From a virus (Duplodnaviria; Caudoviricetes), in IMG/VR virus record IMGVR_UViG_3300021399_000111, positions 32,001 through 96,000 of that record: a stretch of DNA of 64,000 bases. The stretch is one strand, 5' to 3'. The notes beneath the pieces were generated by a model. That model saw nothing but the letters and a program-made list of their open reading frames with translations. It ran no database searches and was not told the DNA's origin. Position numbers and translations under genes: made by a program. This document shows, one piece after another, positions 40,646-51,061 of the stretch. Numbering within the stretch: the stretch's first letter is position 1; every line of letters begins with the position of its first letter.

Positions 40646-40774
40646 ATTATACTAAAAATTTTTATAAAATTCAAGTTAATGCTTCTATATAATGTAAGGA
40701 AATTATAATAATAATGAATACTTATCTCTTATATGAATATATTATACTAAAAATTTTTATAAAATTCAAGTTAA
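40646..40774 (-). repeat. 34-bp direct repeat, each copy a sigma-A promoter
   Basis: ATTATACTAAAAATTTTTATAAAATTCAAGTTAA at 40646-40679 and 40741-40774 (TTGAAT-17-TATAAT on minus strand). Confidence 0.85.
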
Positions 40775-40844
40775 GGTTTCATATAAGTGCGGAAGAAAAA
40801 TGTGGGTATCTCAATATATATAATTTTTACGGGTAGTCAATTAT

Positions 40845-42836
40845 TTACTTTTGCCCAAACGCGGCAATGAATTCAGCCTCAGTAATAATAGGGATACCCG
40901 CGGATTGTGCTGCTTTATTTTTTGCAGAAGTTGAAGTAGAATCATTATTAATTAAATAATTAACTTTAGAACTCATACTACCTACAACCTTTCCGCCAAT
41001 AGATTCTATATAATTTTTTAATTCATCTCTATTCTTCCAATTTGTAATTTTACCAGTGATACAAAATGTTAAATCTGCGGCGGTCTGTGGAACTTTATCC
41101 TGAACCATTGGCAGCGAGAAGTCAAGCATTCCCGCAATTTCATCTGCTTCTGTATAATCAAATGAATTAATAGCTTTGCTTATTTCTGGTCCAAAACCAT
41201 CAAATTCAGTCCAATCACCGCCAACCGCATTTCTAAAATCTTCCCATGTAGAATAATATTTAATTATTTCTTTGGAAACAGTTCTTCCAACAAGAGGTAT
41301 ACCGATTGCTGATATAAACGATTCAAGCGACGTTGAAGTTCTAGCGGATGTAATTGCTGACAAGATTTTTCCGACTGAAGCTTCTCCAAAGCCTGTTTTT
41401 GAAATCCATTCAGTTTTATGTTCATCAAGTTTAAATATGTCTCCAAGTCCATCAATCCAACCCCAATCTATTAACTTCTCTATTGTTTTTCTTGAAAGTC
41501 CTTTTATATCAAGTCCCTTTTTCCCACAAAAATGGTCAATTCTTTGAGCGAGCTTGCCGGGGCATTCTTCATTTTCACAATATAAAACTTCTACACCAGA
41601 TTCTGAAGTTTTAATACTAGTAAGTCCGCCGCATATAGGACAGAGAACTCCATAATCTCCACCTAGTCCAGTGGTTACTCCACCTGCCGCAATAATATCT
41701 CCATAATCTTTTTTATCTGCTTTTGTTATTTGTGGTATTATTTGATTACTTTTAATTACCCAAACCTTTTCTCCAACATAAGGGGTTTCACCAAGAATTT
41801 CCTTCATAATACTTATATTATGAAGGCTTGCTCGTTCAACAATAGACCCTTCAATTTCAATAGGATCAAATACAGCAACAGGAGTAAGGACACCATTACG
41901 AGAAACATCATAATCAATATATTTTAACTTAGTTTCGTATTCTTCATCATAAAATTTGAATGCGATACCATTATTCCAATGATGATCTGTACGACCTAGA
42001 CTTTTACCATATTTAACTGATTCAAATTTAAATACATATCCATCAATAGGAAAGAGCTTATGCTCGTCCATTTTATCAAGAATATCTATTGCATCTTCTA
42101 TTGTTTCTGCATCACCTACTCGTGGTACTGTAATGAAGCCCCAATCATCAAGTTTTTCTAATCTCCAGAAAAAGAAATCTTCATCAATTCCTTCAATTAA
42201 ATCCCAAGCAACAAAAGTAAGATTGCGGGAAGCGCATTCCGCAGAATCTAATAATCTGATACTTCCAGATGCAAAATTTCTTGGATTTTTATATCTATCT
42301 TTAAAAGGTTCAAAATCAGAATAAGTACAAATGATTTCTCCATCTATTACAACTTTGTCTTTAATATCATATAAATGACATCCTATATCTTTAGTAGGAA
42401 TTGTTTTTGGAATACTATCAATTACAAAAGCATTATGAGTTACATCTTCGCCCTCAACGCCATCCCCGCGGGTTTCCGCACGAATTAATTTACCATTTTC
42501 ATAAGTTAAAGAAACAGTAAGTCCATCCATTTTAAACATTCCAAGCCAATCATGACCTTTAACAAAAGAAACAATATCATTTGGATTTTTTGTTTTATCA
42601 AGTGATAACATTAAATGATTATGCTTTACTTTATTTAATTTCGAGACCTTCTTGAAATGTACTTTCTGAGTAGGGGAGTCAGCAAAGATAGCTCCTGTTT
42701 CTTTTTCCATTTCAACTAATTGAAAATACAATTCATCCCATTCTTTATCAGATATTTGTGGATGTCCTGCATCATATGCTTCTGTGTATTTATTTAATTT
42801 ATTAATTAATGCAGCAATTTCCCATTTATCACTCAT
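40845..42836 (-). CDS. ligA: NAD+-dependent DNA ligase
   Basis: KMDG adenylation motif, TRGDG, NPRN, Zn finger, HhH and C-terminal BRCT. Confidence 0.95.
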   Translation of the reverse strand: MSDKWEIAALINKLNKYTEAYDAGHPQISDKEWDELYFQLVEMEKETGAIFADSPTQKVHFKKVSKLNKVKHNHLMLSLDKTKNPNDIVSFVKGHDWLGMFKMDGLTVSLTYENGKLIRAETRGDGVEGEDVTHNAFVIDSIPKTIPTKDIGCHLYDIKDKVVIDGEIICTYSDFEPFKDRYKNPRNFASGSIRLLDSAECASRNLTFVAWDLIEGIDEDFFFWRLEKLDDWGFITVPRVGDAETIEDAIDILDKMDEHKLFPIDGYVFKFESVKYGKSLGRTDHHWNNGIAFKFYDEEYETKLKYIDYDVSRNGVLTPVAVFDPIEIEGSIVERASLHNISIMKEILGETPYVGEKVWVIKSNQIIPQITKADKKDYGDIIAAGGVTTGLGGDYGVLCPICGGLTSIKTSESGVEVLYCENEECPGKLAQRIDHFCGKKGLDIKGLSRKTIEKLIDWGWIDGLGDIFKLDEHKTEWISKTGFGEASVGKILSAITSARTSTSLESFISAIGIPLVGRTVSKEIIKYYSTWEDFRNAVGGDWTEFDGFGPEISKAINSFDYTEADEIAGMLDFSLPMVQDKVPQTAADLTFCITGKITNWKNRDELKNYIESIGGKVVGSMSSKVNYLINNDSTSTSAKNKAAQSAGIPIITEAEFIAAFGQK

Positions 42837-42936
42837 TTTTAAGTTCCCCTTTATTTTTTCCTATAAATATTATATCAAAATTTTTATAAAAAATCAAAAA
42901 ATGGGGATTAAGCTAATACTTAATCCCCTTGTTAAT

Positions 42937-43524
42937 CTAATTTGTACTTGTACCAAACCAATGTCCTTGTATTTTAATATAATTAGTTGCATATGAATGT
43001 TGAACACCATCAAAATAGACATAATTTAAAGGATTTGTATCAAATCCTTTTTCTTCTAAATAAGGTATAAGAATTGATTCTTTTTCGTTTGCCACTAACT
43101 CTATTACTTCTAACATTTTTTCAATATTTTCTTGTGAAACCTTATTTCTTAAAGACCATGTTGAAAATTGTCCTTTTTGACTTAATACTTTATATACTGT
43201 ATCAGGCCATTTATCTGATAATACTCTATTTAAAATTACTTCAACTACTGCCATTTGACCATCGATATCTTGATTTCCAGCTTCTCTAAATGTAATTCTT
43301 GCAATTAATTCTTTTTCTTCATCTGTTAATGAATTAATTAAATCAGTATAATCATTTAAAGAATAATTATCAAATCCATTTTGAATAGCTTCTTCATTTA
43401 AAGTATTTAAAAGAATTGCTACTCCACCTTCAGTAATTTCTTCTTGAGCTGCTGCAGTATCAAAATTAAATAAAAATATAATAGTTGCTAAGCAAAGAAA
43501 AATAATGATTTTAATTTTATTCAT
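42937..43524 (-). CDS. SleB/CwlJ-like cell wall hydrolase (Hydrolase_2) with signal peptide
   Basis: LIARITFREAG...GQMAVVEVILNRV...PDTVYKVLSQKGQFS...IQGHWF. Confidence 0.85.
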   Translation of the reverse strand: MNKIKIIIFLCLATIIFLFNFDTAAAQEEITEGGVAILLNTLNEEAIQNGFDNYSLNDYTDLINSLTDEEKELIARITFREAGNQDIDGQMAVVEVILNRVLSDKWPDTVYKVLSQKGQFSTWSLRNKVSQENIEKMLEVIELVANEKESILIPYLEEKGFDTNPLNYVYFDGVQHSYATNYIKIQGHWFGTSTN

Positions 43525-43700
43525 TTTAACCTCCTATAAGAGCGGCAAACTCTATATATATTAGGTTTTATTCTAAAATATATTTTTAGATATTGACCTA
43601 ATTGTTACAAAATGTAATAATTTTTTAACAATTTTGCAACAATTAATATTATAACAAAAATTTTATAAAAAGTAAAGGAGAGGTATTACCTCTCCTTAAT

Positions 43701-46046
43701 TTAAAATTTTGTTATAGAAATTACTTTATTATCTTTTATCATTATATTTCCAATAGCAACTCTACCTAGCGATGGGATTTCTGATGCGGAAATGCATATA
43801 TTACTTTTATTCCCACAAATTAAGATATTATCTTCATTAGAAACCATTGCCGCACCTACTAATTCACCATTTTGTGGAGATATTTTATATACTGAAGTTC
43901 CTTTTCCACCTTTAGCTTGAGTAGGAAAATCTGCAAGAGGAATTTTCTTTCCCATACCTGTACTTGAAAATACTGCAACTTCATCAGTTTCTTTATGAAC
44001 TGATAATGCAGAAATTACTTCATCGTTTTCTGCAAGTTTAATTCCTTTAACACCAAGGGCAACTCTTCCAACAACACCAATATCTTTCGTAGGAAATTTG
44101 ATACTCATTCCATTTTTTGTTAAGATAATAATATCTTCTTTATCCTGGAAAAGAATACTTGCTACAGAATCTCCATCTTTAACTTTAAGAGCCGCAATTC
44201 CCGCATTGCGCTTAGCTCCTGTATACTCAGATAAGAAAGACTTTTTTAACATACCCTGCTTCGTAATAAAAATTACAAATTCTGGTGTTGTTTTTCTATG
44301 TAAAGAAGTTACTGCAATAATTTTTTCATCAGATTCTAATTGGATAAGACTATTAATAGGTACTCCTTTTGTTGTGTTAGTTCCATCTGGAATATTATCT
44401 ACTACAGTTCGATACATTTTTCCCTTGTTAGAGAAAAACATCATATAATCTACTGTATTTGTTTTAATAGTAGATAAAATTGTATCATCATTTGATTTAA
44501 TACCCTTGCCGCCACGCTTTTGTACTTTAAAATTTGCGACAGGTACTTTTTTAATCAAACCAGACTGTGTAGTTACTACAACAACATCAACAGGAATAAC
44601 TTCAGCGATCTCTTTTTCTTCTTTAGGAACTTCAATCTGTACTAATTGAGTGCGTCTTGCATCACCATATTTCTTTACAATATCTTCAAGGCGTTTTTGA
44701 ATTTCTGCCATTTGAAGTTTTTTATCCTGAAGAAGAGTCATATAGTATGCAATAGAAGTCATTAATTCTTTTTGCTCATTTTCTAATTCAATTTTTTCCA
44801 AATGAGCTAAACTTGATAATCTCATAGCTAAAATCGCTTTAGCCTGAGCTTCTGAAATACCATACTTCTCAATTAATGCAATTTTAGCTGTTGCACTACT
44901 TTCAGATTTTTTAATTAATGCAATAACATTATCAATATCTTCAAGAGCAATAAGAAGCCCTTCAACAATATGTAATCTTTCTTTTGCTTTAATTAAATCA
45001 AAATTGATTTCTTTAACTAAACAATCAATATTATGATTAATATAAACTTCAATTGCCTGCTTAAGATTTAACTCAGTAGGAGTTTTATCAATAAGTGCAA
45101 CTTGATTATATGAAATTGAAGTCTGAAGATTAGTTTTATTATATAATTTATTTGCGATAACATCGGGGTTAATACCCTTCCCGCATTCAATTACAATTCT
45201 TAAACCTTTCTTATTACTTTCGTCGCGGACTTCTGTGATACCTTCAATTTCTTTAGCATCACAGACCTCTCCAATTTGAGAGATAATTCCTTCTACTGTT
45301 TCTCCATAAGGAATTTCATAGAATACAATATTATTCTTTTCAACTTTATAACAACCTCTAACCTTTACAGAACCATGACCGGTTCTCATAATGGCGGGAA
45401 TGTCATTTTTATTAATGATAATTCCGCCAGTAGGGAAATCCGGACCAGGTAATGTAGGCTCATTTCCGCTCATAACTGCATAAATCGCTTCCGCAACTTC
45501 TTTGAGATTATGCGGCAGCCAATTACAAGCCATAGCTACACCGATACCAGTATTAGGGTTGCACAAGAGGTTAGGAAAAATTGCGGGTAAAGTAACTGGC
45601 TCTTCAAGTGTTTCATCATAATTAGGAATAAAATCAACATTCTTTTTCTTTAAGCCTTGAAGAAGCCCATCTTCCGCAAGTTTACTAAGTCTTGCTTCTG
45701 TATAACGAGCTGCGGCAGGCCCATCGCCAATCTGGTTTCCATTACTACCATGCCAGTCAATAAGCGGATACCGCATAACCCACCATTGAGAAAGTCGTAC
45801 CATAGCTCCGTAGATTGATGAGTCACCATGCGGGTGGTACGCAGACATAGTATCACCTACAATACGAGCTGATTTAACATGAGGTTTAGAAAAAGTATAT
45901 CCTTTTTCATAGGCTGCCCATAAAATTCTTTTAGCAACTGGTTTTAATCCAGACTTAGCATCAGGTATTGCTCTATCTGAATTTACTGCATAACTATATT
46001 CAATAAAATTTATACCTAATTCATTTTTAATATCATTAGTTATCAA
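43701..46046 (-). CDS. gyrA: DNA gyrase subunit A
   Basis: GLKPV, HPHGDS, AARYTE active-site Tyr, beta-pinwheel CTD with GyrA-box QKRGGKG. Confidence 0.9.
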   Translation of the reverse strand: MITNDIKNELGINFIEYSYAVNSDRAIPDAKSGLKPVAKRILWAAYEKGYTFSKPHVKSARIVGDTMSAYHPHGDSSIYGAMVRLSQWWVMRYPLIDWHGSNGNQIGDGPAAARYTEARLSKLAEDGLLQGLKKKNVDFIPNYDETLEEPVTLPAIFPNLLCNPNTGIGVAMACNWLPHNLKEVAEAIYAVMSGNEPTLPGPDFPTGGIIINKNDIPAIMRTGHGSVKVRGCYKVEKNNIVFYEIPYGETVEGIISQIGEVCDAKEIEGITEVRDESNKKGLRIVIECGKGINPDVIANKLYNKTNLQTSISYNQVALIDKTPTELNLKQAIEVYINHNIDCLVKEINFDLIKAKERLHIVEGLLIALEDIDNVIALIKKSESSATAKIALIEKYGISEAQAKAILAMRLSSLAHLEKIELENEQKELMTSIAYYMTLLQDKKLQMAEIQKRLEDIVKKYGDARRTQLVQIEVPKEEKEIAEVIPVDVVVVTTQSGLIKKVPVANFKVQKRGGKGIKSNDDTILSTIKTNTVDYMMFFSNKGKMYRTVVDNIPDGTNTTKGVPINSLIQLESDEKIIAVTSLHRKTTPEFVIFITKQGMLKKSFLSEYTGAKRNAGIAALKVKDGDSVASILFQDKEDIIILTKNGMSIKFPTKDIGVVGRVALGVKGIKLAENDEVISALSVHKETDEVAVFSSTGMGKKIPLADFPTQAKGGKGTSVYKISPQNGELVGAAMVSNEDNILICGNKSNICISASEIPSLGRVAIGNIMIKDNKVISITKF

Positions 46047-46768
46047 TTTAGTTCTCCTTCTCTACAATATTGAAAAGTATATCCTTCTTGAGTCTTTCTT
46101 TTATTTTCTAATACTTCACTAATATGATTTGATTTAAGATTTAAAATTCTTTTACATTCTAATTTATTTGTAAATGGTCCAAATACTTCTCCAGTTTTTA
46201 TATTTCTTGCTATAAAAGGAGTAACTTTCATCTTTGCTACTCTAATACACTCTTGTAATCTTTCTTCAGTAAAAGTAGCTTTATCAATACAAATTACTCC
46301 ATTACAATAATACATTTGATTATGAAGCATTCGATATATATCACCTTTGCTCATATTATGCTCTCTAGCAAATTCTCTTTGATTAAGAAATTCTCCTAAT
46401 TTATTACCTTTTAAATCAAATGCATAAAATGGATAACTACCACATTGTTTTAAAAATTTATCTGTAATTATAATAGTTTCTCCACCATCTTTTGTATTAT
46501 AGCCTTCTTCAATACTATTATAATAAATTATCCATTTTTTTTCTTTTTCATCTAACTCTTCTTGAGAATTTGCTGTATCAATAATCTCCCAGATAAAAGA
46601 TTCTTCAGGGTACTTTCTTAAAGCATTTATAAAATGAGTATTATAATTTTTTTCTTGTCTTGCTTTATAATAATGTTTATTTTTTCTTTCTTGTAAAGTT
46701 TGAATTGTTTGACCAATATAAATTTTATTATTTTCTTTATTTGTTACTTTATAAATTATCCCATACAT
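46043..46768 (-). CDS. Free-standing GIY-YIG homing endonuclease
   Basis: GIIYKVTN...IYIGQT, E..WI and GYN motifs; NUMOD-like C-terminus; inserted between gyrB and gyrA. Confidence 0.85.
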   Translation of the reverse strand: MYGIIYKVTNKENNKIYIGQTIQTLQERKNKHYYKARQEKNYNTHFINALRKYPEESFIWEIIDTANSQEELDEKEKKWIIYYNSIEEGYNTKDGGETIIITDKFLKQCGSYPFYAFDLKGNKLGEFLNQREFAREHNMSKGDIYRMLHNQMYYCNGVICIDKATFTEERLQECIRVAKMKVTPFIARNIKTGEVFGPFTNKLECKRILNLKSNHISEVLENKRKTQEGYTFQYCREGELN

Positions 46769-46891
46769 TTTTTTAAGAACCTCCTTTATTTGTTCTATTA
46801 TATATGAAAATAAAGGAAGATAATTTATCTACTTTTACCCAATTTGGGTAAAAAATTTTTAAAGATCATGGCAGTCTAGGTCAATGTTTTA

Positions 46892-47074
46892 TCAGCCTAA
46901 CTCCCGTGGCTTAAAATTAGGATCTATATTTTGTAATAGTTCTTCAAAATATTTTAATCTTTCCTTGTCATCTTCTTCATGATCTTCTGAAAATTCACTT
47001 TTAAGTATTAAAGAAAGCTCCTCAAGAACACTTTTAAATTCTTCATATATTTCACTTAATGTATTATTCTGCAT
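46892..47074 (-). CDS. Small acidic hypothetical protein
   Basis: 60-aa ORF overlapping the gyrB end, with GGAGG upstream. Confidence 0.45.
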   Translation of the reverse strand: MQNNTLSEIYEEFKSVLEELSLILKSEFSEDHEEDDKERLKYFEELLQNIDPNFKPRELG

Positions 47075-48974
47075 TATATTTTCCAGCCTCCTGTGAATGT
47101 TCTTTAATATATACCTTCCTTGCGGTTACCCCAGTTCCCATTAACTGTTCAAATAAAATATCAGTTTCTCTTACATCTTCAACTGTAATTTGCTTAATAA
47201 TCCTATTATTAGGATCGGTTAAAGTTTCTTCAGTTTCTTCAACAGACATTTCACCGAGGCCTTTAAGTCTATTTACAGTATATTTCTTACCTTGATTAGC
47301 TCTCTTAAATTCTTCAAGTGCTTCATCATTTTTAAGATACTTATACTCTTTACCTATTGTAATCTTATAAAGAGGAGGAACTCCTGCATAAATATAACCA
47401 TCTTGAATTAACTGCGGACAAAAATTCCAAATGAAAGTATAGAAAAGATTCTTAATATGTGCTCCATCAACATCAGCATCGCTCATAATAATAATTTTTC
47501 CATATCTCAAATCTTCTTTATCATAGGTAACTTTCATTGTTTTTGGATCAATTCTTAAACCAAACGCTTCAATCATTGTCATAATCTCTGCATTTTTCTG
47601 AATTTGCGCTAAAGTTGCCTTTTGTGTATTAAGAATTTTTCCTCTAACAGGTAAAACTGCTTGTGTTGCGTTATTTCTTGCAAGTTTGATATTACCAGAA
47701 GCACTATCACCCTCTGTAATATAAATTTCACATTCCATTCTATTTTTGGAATTGCAATCGGCAAGTTTACTATCAAATTTAATTACTTTTTCTTTTTTCT
47801 TCTTTTCAGTTTCACGAGCTGCATCTCTAGCTTTTTTAGCCGCCTCCCGCGCTTTACGAGCGGAAATTGCTTTATCAAAAATTACCTTTATATCTTTTTC
47901 ATTAAAAGATAACCAATTTTGGATATTTTCTGTCAATTCAGAAGTAAATGGACTCATATCCAATTTTACAATTCTGCTTTTAGTCTGAGCATCATAAGAC
48001 ACTCCAGATGTTGTGATATTAAATGCAATTAACATTCCCTCTTGAATATCAGATCCATCAAGAGTTTCTTCTTTTTCTTTTAACCAACCTTTTTCTTTAA
48101 AGAATTTGTTAAATTCTCTTGTAATGGTTGATTTAATTTGTGTAATATGAGGTCCACTATCTGTTTCACCTGTATTAACATATGAAATAAGATTAAGTGA
48201 ATAATTAGTTGTATAAGTTAATACAAAATCTAATCTATTTTTCCCATTAGAATAATTAATATTTAATCTATTTTTAAGAATTTCATTATCTTTAACGATG
48301 TCATTAACTAAATCATTTAATCCATTATTAGAATGATATGTAATTAAATCTTTCCCATTATGAGTTAAATTAATAGTTAATCCTTTGCATAGGCAAGTTA
48401 AAGTATGAAATAATTTTTTAATTCTCTCTACATCAATCTGAGTGTGTGTAAAAAACTTTGCGCTAGGCTTCCATTCAACAATAGTACCAGTATGAAAATC
48501 GCCTTGTTTTCCGACTTCTCTTTTATTAAAAACTCCTTCAACAAAATGAATATGCTCACTTCTACCATCTCTATAGGTGTAAACATCAAGCCAATTACTT
48601 AAAAAATTAGTAAGTTTTGAACCAATACCGTTAAGACCAAGAGCAGTCCCTTCATAAACTCCATCATCAGAAAATTTTCCAGATGTATTTAAAACATCAA
48701 AAGAAGCCTGAAGAACAGTTTCTCCATCTTCACGCTTAACATTAACAGGAAATCCCTGAGCAAAGTCTTCTACTCTACAACAACCATCATCTTGATAATC
48801 TACATTAATAATATTTCCATGCCCTACCGACCATTCATCTATTGCATTAGAAACAATTTCAATAAGTAATTGAGTTGAATATTCTGTTGAACCGCAATAA
48901 ACTCCAGGACGAAGCCGAGTAAATTCAAGAGGTGATAATGATTCAATTGATTTATCATTATATAAATTACTCAT
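47064..48974 (-). CDS. gyrB: DNA gyrase subunit B (type IIA topoisomerase B)
   Basis: RPGVY, EIVSNAIDE, GLNGIG, EGDSA, RGKILN, DADVDG and KGLGEM motifs. Confidence 0.9.
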   Translation of the reverse strand: MSNLYNDKSIESLSPLEFTRLRPGVYCGSTEYSTQLLIEIVSNAIDEWSVGHGNIINVDYQDDGCCRVEDFAQGFPVNVKREDGETVLQASFDVLNTSGKFSDDGVYEGTALGLNGIGSKLTNFLSNWLDVYTYRDGRSEHIHFVEGVFNKREVGKQGDFHTGTIVEWKPSAKFFTHTQIDVERIKKLFHTLTCLCKGLTINLTHNGKDLITYHSNNGLNDLVNDIVKDNEILKNRLNINYSNGKNRLDFVLTYTTNYSLNLISYVNTGETDSGPHITQIKSTITREFNKFFKEKGWLKEKEETLDGSDIQEGMLIAFNITTSGVSYDAQTKSRIVKLDMSPFTSELTENIQNWLSFNEKDIKVIFDKAISARKAREAAKKARDAARETEKKKKEKVIKFDSKLADCNSKNRMECEIYITEGDSASGNIKLARNNATQAVLPVRGKILNTQKATLAQIQKNAEIMTMIEAFGLRIDPKTMKVTYDKEDLRYGKIIIMSDADVDGAHIKNLFYTFIWNFCPQLIQDGYIYAGVPPLYKITIGKEYKYLKNDEALEEFKRANQGKKYTVNRLKGLGEMSVEETEETLTDPNNRIIKQITVEDVRETDILFEQLMGTGVTARKVYIKEHSQEAGKYNAE

Positions 48975-49030
48975 TTTTTATCCTTTCCTTATTATTATAA
49001 TATATATTATAACATATTTTTTATAAAAAA

Positions 49031-49549
49031 TCAAATTATTATATCATAATTCTTAACTAATTTATTAAATTTTCCTTGATTATTTGCGGCAACCGCATCT
49101 GCTAATTCATTTTCTAAAAATCCAACATGACCAACACATTTTTTTATTGAATAATTAGTAGAATTATTTAATAAATTATATAATTCTTTTATTAAATCTA
49201 AATTTTTAATTGGCTTTCCTTTTGCTCTTGTCCATCCATTTTTTGCCCATTCCCAAATCCATGTGGAACATAATTGTACTACATATGCAGAATCAGAATA
49301 AATAATATAGAAATAATTTTTATCTTCTTGAGCCTTTTTGAGAACATGTATTACCGCCATTAATTCCATTCTATTGTTTGTTGTATTTTCAAATCTTTCT
49401 GAATAACAATAGGCTAAATGAGTTTCTGGAAGCTTATTTTGTTTAAATACAGTTGATAATCTTATAACACCAAAACCGCCAGGTCCTGGATTCCCAGAAC
49501 AGGCTCCATCAGTATAATATTTTAATAAAGGTTTTTTTAACTTTTCCAT
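49031..49549 (-). CDS. rnhA: Ribonuclease HI
   Basis: YTDGACSGNPGPGG, TTNNRMEL, SDSAYV and GH...NELAD motifs. Confidence 0.93.
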   Translation of the reverse strand: MEKLKKPLLKYYTDGACSGNPGPGGFGVIRLSTVFKQNKLPETHLAYCYSERFENTTNNRMELMAVIHVLKKAQEDKNYFYIIYSDSAYVVQLCSTWIWEWAKNGWTRAKGKPIKNLDLIKELYNLLNNSTNYSIKKCVGHVGFLENELADAVAANNQGKFNKLVKNYDIII

Positions 49550-49687
49550 TTTTTCCGCCCTCTAAAAAATCATTTCTGTATTCATAACTCTTATTCATTC
49601 TATTATAATTATAACAAAATTTTCGATAAAAGTCAAGCCTTTTTTATTTTTATTTTACTAGAAAAGAACAAGAAGATTTTTACAATA

Positions 49688-49726
49688 AAAAAAATGGCTG
49701 CGGAGGACTTTCGCCTTCTGCAGCCA
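49688..49726 (-). terminator. Terminator after endolysin
   Basis: ATGGCTGCAGAAGG...CCTCCGCAGCCAT followed by a U-run on the minus strand. Confidence 0.75.
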
Positions 49727-49731
49727 TAGAA

Positions 49732-50721
49732 TTAAAGTTTTTTAGTATATTTTAAATTAATCCATCCACCAGCTTTTAACTCACCCCAATTATTTTGTTC
49801 ATTAATAATAGTATAAACACCTTTATCTTTAATAGAACCAATAATTGCATATGTTACACCTGGGCCTTTTCTAATATTTAAAGAAGATGCAGTAACTTGT
49901 ATTTTATATTCATTGCTTGTAATTGCTGGGGTAGATTGATTGATAATGGTAACATAATTAGGATTATTTATATAAATCCAGCCTGCACCGCTTTTTAATT
50001 TACCCCAACCATTTTGTTCTGCAACAATTGTATAAACACTATTTTTTGGAACAACAGTAGTAATGGCGTATGAGTTTCCAGGGCCAGAACGAACATTTAA
50101 TTCATTAACTTTAATTTTGACTTGATAATTTACTATAGATGCCTCAGAAGTAGGAGTATCTTGTGCAGCTACTTTATTTAAAAAACTTCTCCAATTAACT
50201 AATGCTGTTTCATTTTTACACCATGGTTGAGGACAAGGTTTTCCAGTTACCATATGATGCATAATAACATGATCAATATCAATATTATATTTTTTCATAA
50301 GATATTTAGTTAATTCAATAGCATTATTAATGGTAGCCTCAGTTAAATACCAATCATCATCATTAACACTTAATGAGGTTGTATTTTTTTTATTACTACA
50401 CATTTCAATACTAATGGAATTAGCATTTGTGCAGATTTTATAAAATTTAGCACCTAAGGAAGTTTTACTACTTAATTTGCTTCCACCTACTGCCCATGTA
50501 TAGCGATTTTCAATATTTCCATTATATTGAACAATTTCAAAATCATCTACAATAAAATCTGCTGATGCCTCTCTAGAACTAGTGGCAAACATATTTGCAG
50601 CTGCAATAGCTTTGCCTCTAGAAGAAGAGGTTCCCGCAGTATAATGTAACACTATAAACTCAATTTTTCTTTTACTTTTAGCTGAAGTATTATGAGTGCT
50701 ATTTCTTTGGATAATGTTCAT
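49732..50721 (-). CDS. Endolysin: N-acetylmuramoyl-L-alanine amidase (Amidase_2) with two SH3b domains
   Basis: IVLHYT, SISIEMC and HH...KPCP motifs; two LNVR.GPG...WG.LK.G.GWI repeats. Confidence 0.9.
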   Translation of the reverse strand: MNIIQRNSTHNTSAKSKRKIEFIVLHYTAGTSSSRGKAIAAANMFATSSREASADFIVDDFEIVQYNGNIENRYTWAVGGSKLSSKTSLGAKFYKICTNANSISIEMCSNKKNTTSLSVNDDDWYLTEATINNAIELTKYLMKKYNIDIDHVIMHHMVTGKPCPQPWCKNETALVNWRSFLNKVAAQDTPTSEASIVNYQVKIKVNELNVRSGPGNSYAITTVVPKNSVYTIVAEQNGWGKLKSGAGWIYINNPNYVTIINQSTPAITSNEYKIQVTASSLNIRKGPGVTYAIIGSIKDKGVYTIINEQNNWGELKAGGWINLKYTKKL

Positions 50722-51020
50722 CTTAAACTTTCCTCCTCATCATTTTCTAAATTTCTCATAGCAGTTTCATATACAATTCCATCTTTAGTATTTTCTGCTT
50801 TTGATTTAGAACAATAAATTCCATAAGATAATGTTTCTCCAATAACTGCGCCTAATAAGGTAATTAAAGGAGTGAAATCAGGCATTGTTTCAATTGCATA
50901 AGCAAGTGAAAATGATTTAATTGTAACCCAACCTGTAAAAATTTCTAATAAAAAGAAATTTATAAATAATAGAGTTAATAATAATTTACTATAAGATATT
51001 TTTTTCTCTTTCTTTTTCAT
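50718..51020 (-). CDS. Putative holin (two TM)
   Basis: Two hydrophobic helices and KSKAEN; directly upstream of the endolysin. Confidence 0.55.
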   Translation of the reverse strand: MKKKEKKISYSKLLLTLLFINFFLLEIFTGWVTIKSFSLAYAIETMPDFTPLITLLGAVIGETLSYGIYCSKSKAENTKDGIVYETAMRNLENDEEESLR

Positions 51021-51061
51021 TGGCTCTCCTTTATAAAAAAAGAGAAGCTAATGCTTCTCTT

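Noticed and set aside
40646-40774. Mini CRISPR array
   Set aside because: Only two copies, a 61-bp gap, each copy is a promoter, and no cas genes are present.
16171-48974. Inteins or group I introns in nrdD, dnaE, dnaB, ligA, gyrA or gyrB
   Set aside because: All are uninterrupted and of normal length; both endonuclease genes are free-standing.
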